The notes beneath the pieces are model-generated. The model did no database searches and was not told where the DNA came from. It saw nothing but the letters and a program-made list of their open reading frames with translations. The translations under genes and the position numbers were made by a program. Below, in pieces: positions 37,082 to 37,311 of a DNA stretch of 37,311 bases. The DNA lies in NCBI RefSeq assembly GCF_001194135.2, contig NC_068997.1, forward strand, positions 38,229,934-38,267,244, written 5' to 3'. Every line of letters begins with the position of its first letter. Positions within the stretch are counted from its first letter, which is position 1. This stretch comes from Octopus bimaculoides. Its lineage: Eukaryota.

Positions 37082-37241
37082 GTAGGCGTGGTTGTGTGGT
37101 AAGAAATTTGCTTCCCGAACACATAGTTCCGGGTTCAGTCTCACTGCGTTGCGCCTTGGGCAAGGGTTTTCAACTGTAACCTTGGGACAACCAAAGCCTT
37201 GTGAGTGGATTTAGTAGACGGAATCTGTAAGAAGTCCGTCC

Positions 37242-37246
<5 letters not shown>
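37082..37246 (+). mobile_element. tRNA-derived SINE family 3, ending in (TA)n
   Basis: A-box-like GTGGTTGTGTGGT, B-box-like GGTTCAGTCTC, CCTTGGGCAAG core motif, then a TA microsatellite. Confidence 0.8.
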
Positions 37247-37293
<47 letters not shown>

Positions 37294-37311
37294 CATATTT
37301 GTGTGTGTATG

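Overview
AT-rich eukaryotic DNA with six N-gaps. It is probably octopus, an inference from my recognition of the SINE families, not from a search. I find no intact protein-coding gene, rRNA, tRNA or CRISPR array; nearly all listed ORFs are microsatellite or gap artefacts, or decayed transposon fragments. The window is a transposon graveyard: two RTE LINEs (one apparently 5'-complete), two Penelope-like elements, six R4/Dong-type RLE LINE fragments (five clustered at 20.3-24.1 kb among (TAA)n arrays), a Tigger/pogo fragment, two mariner relics, several MITE/foldback elements and about 17 SINE copies or fragments. The most notable unexplained structures are: two degenerate minimal type-I hammerhead ribozyme motifs; a 251-bp foldback element whose loop carries a tRNA-Leu-like T-arm/B-box; a mariner relic with two left ends; a 767-bp element with 20-bp TIRs and a perfect 8-bp TSD; a 152-bp satellite that flips orientation across a gap; and a template-switch-like inversion at 32.5-32.9 kb. 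All alignments, identities and coordinates were worked out by eye, so boundaries may be off by several bases.
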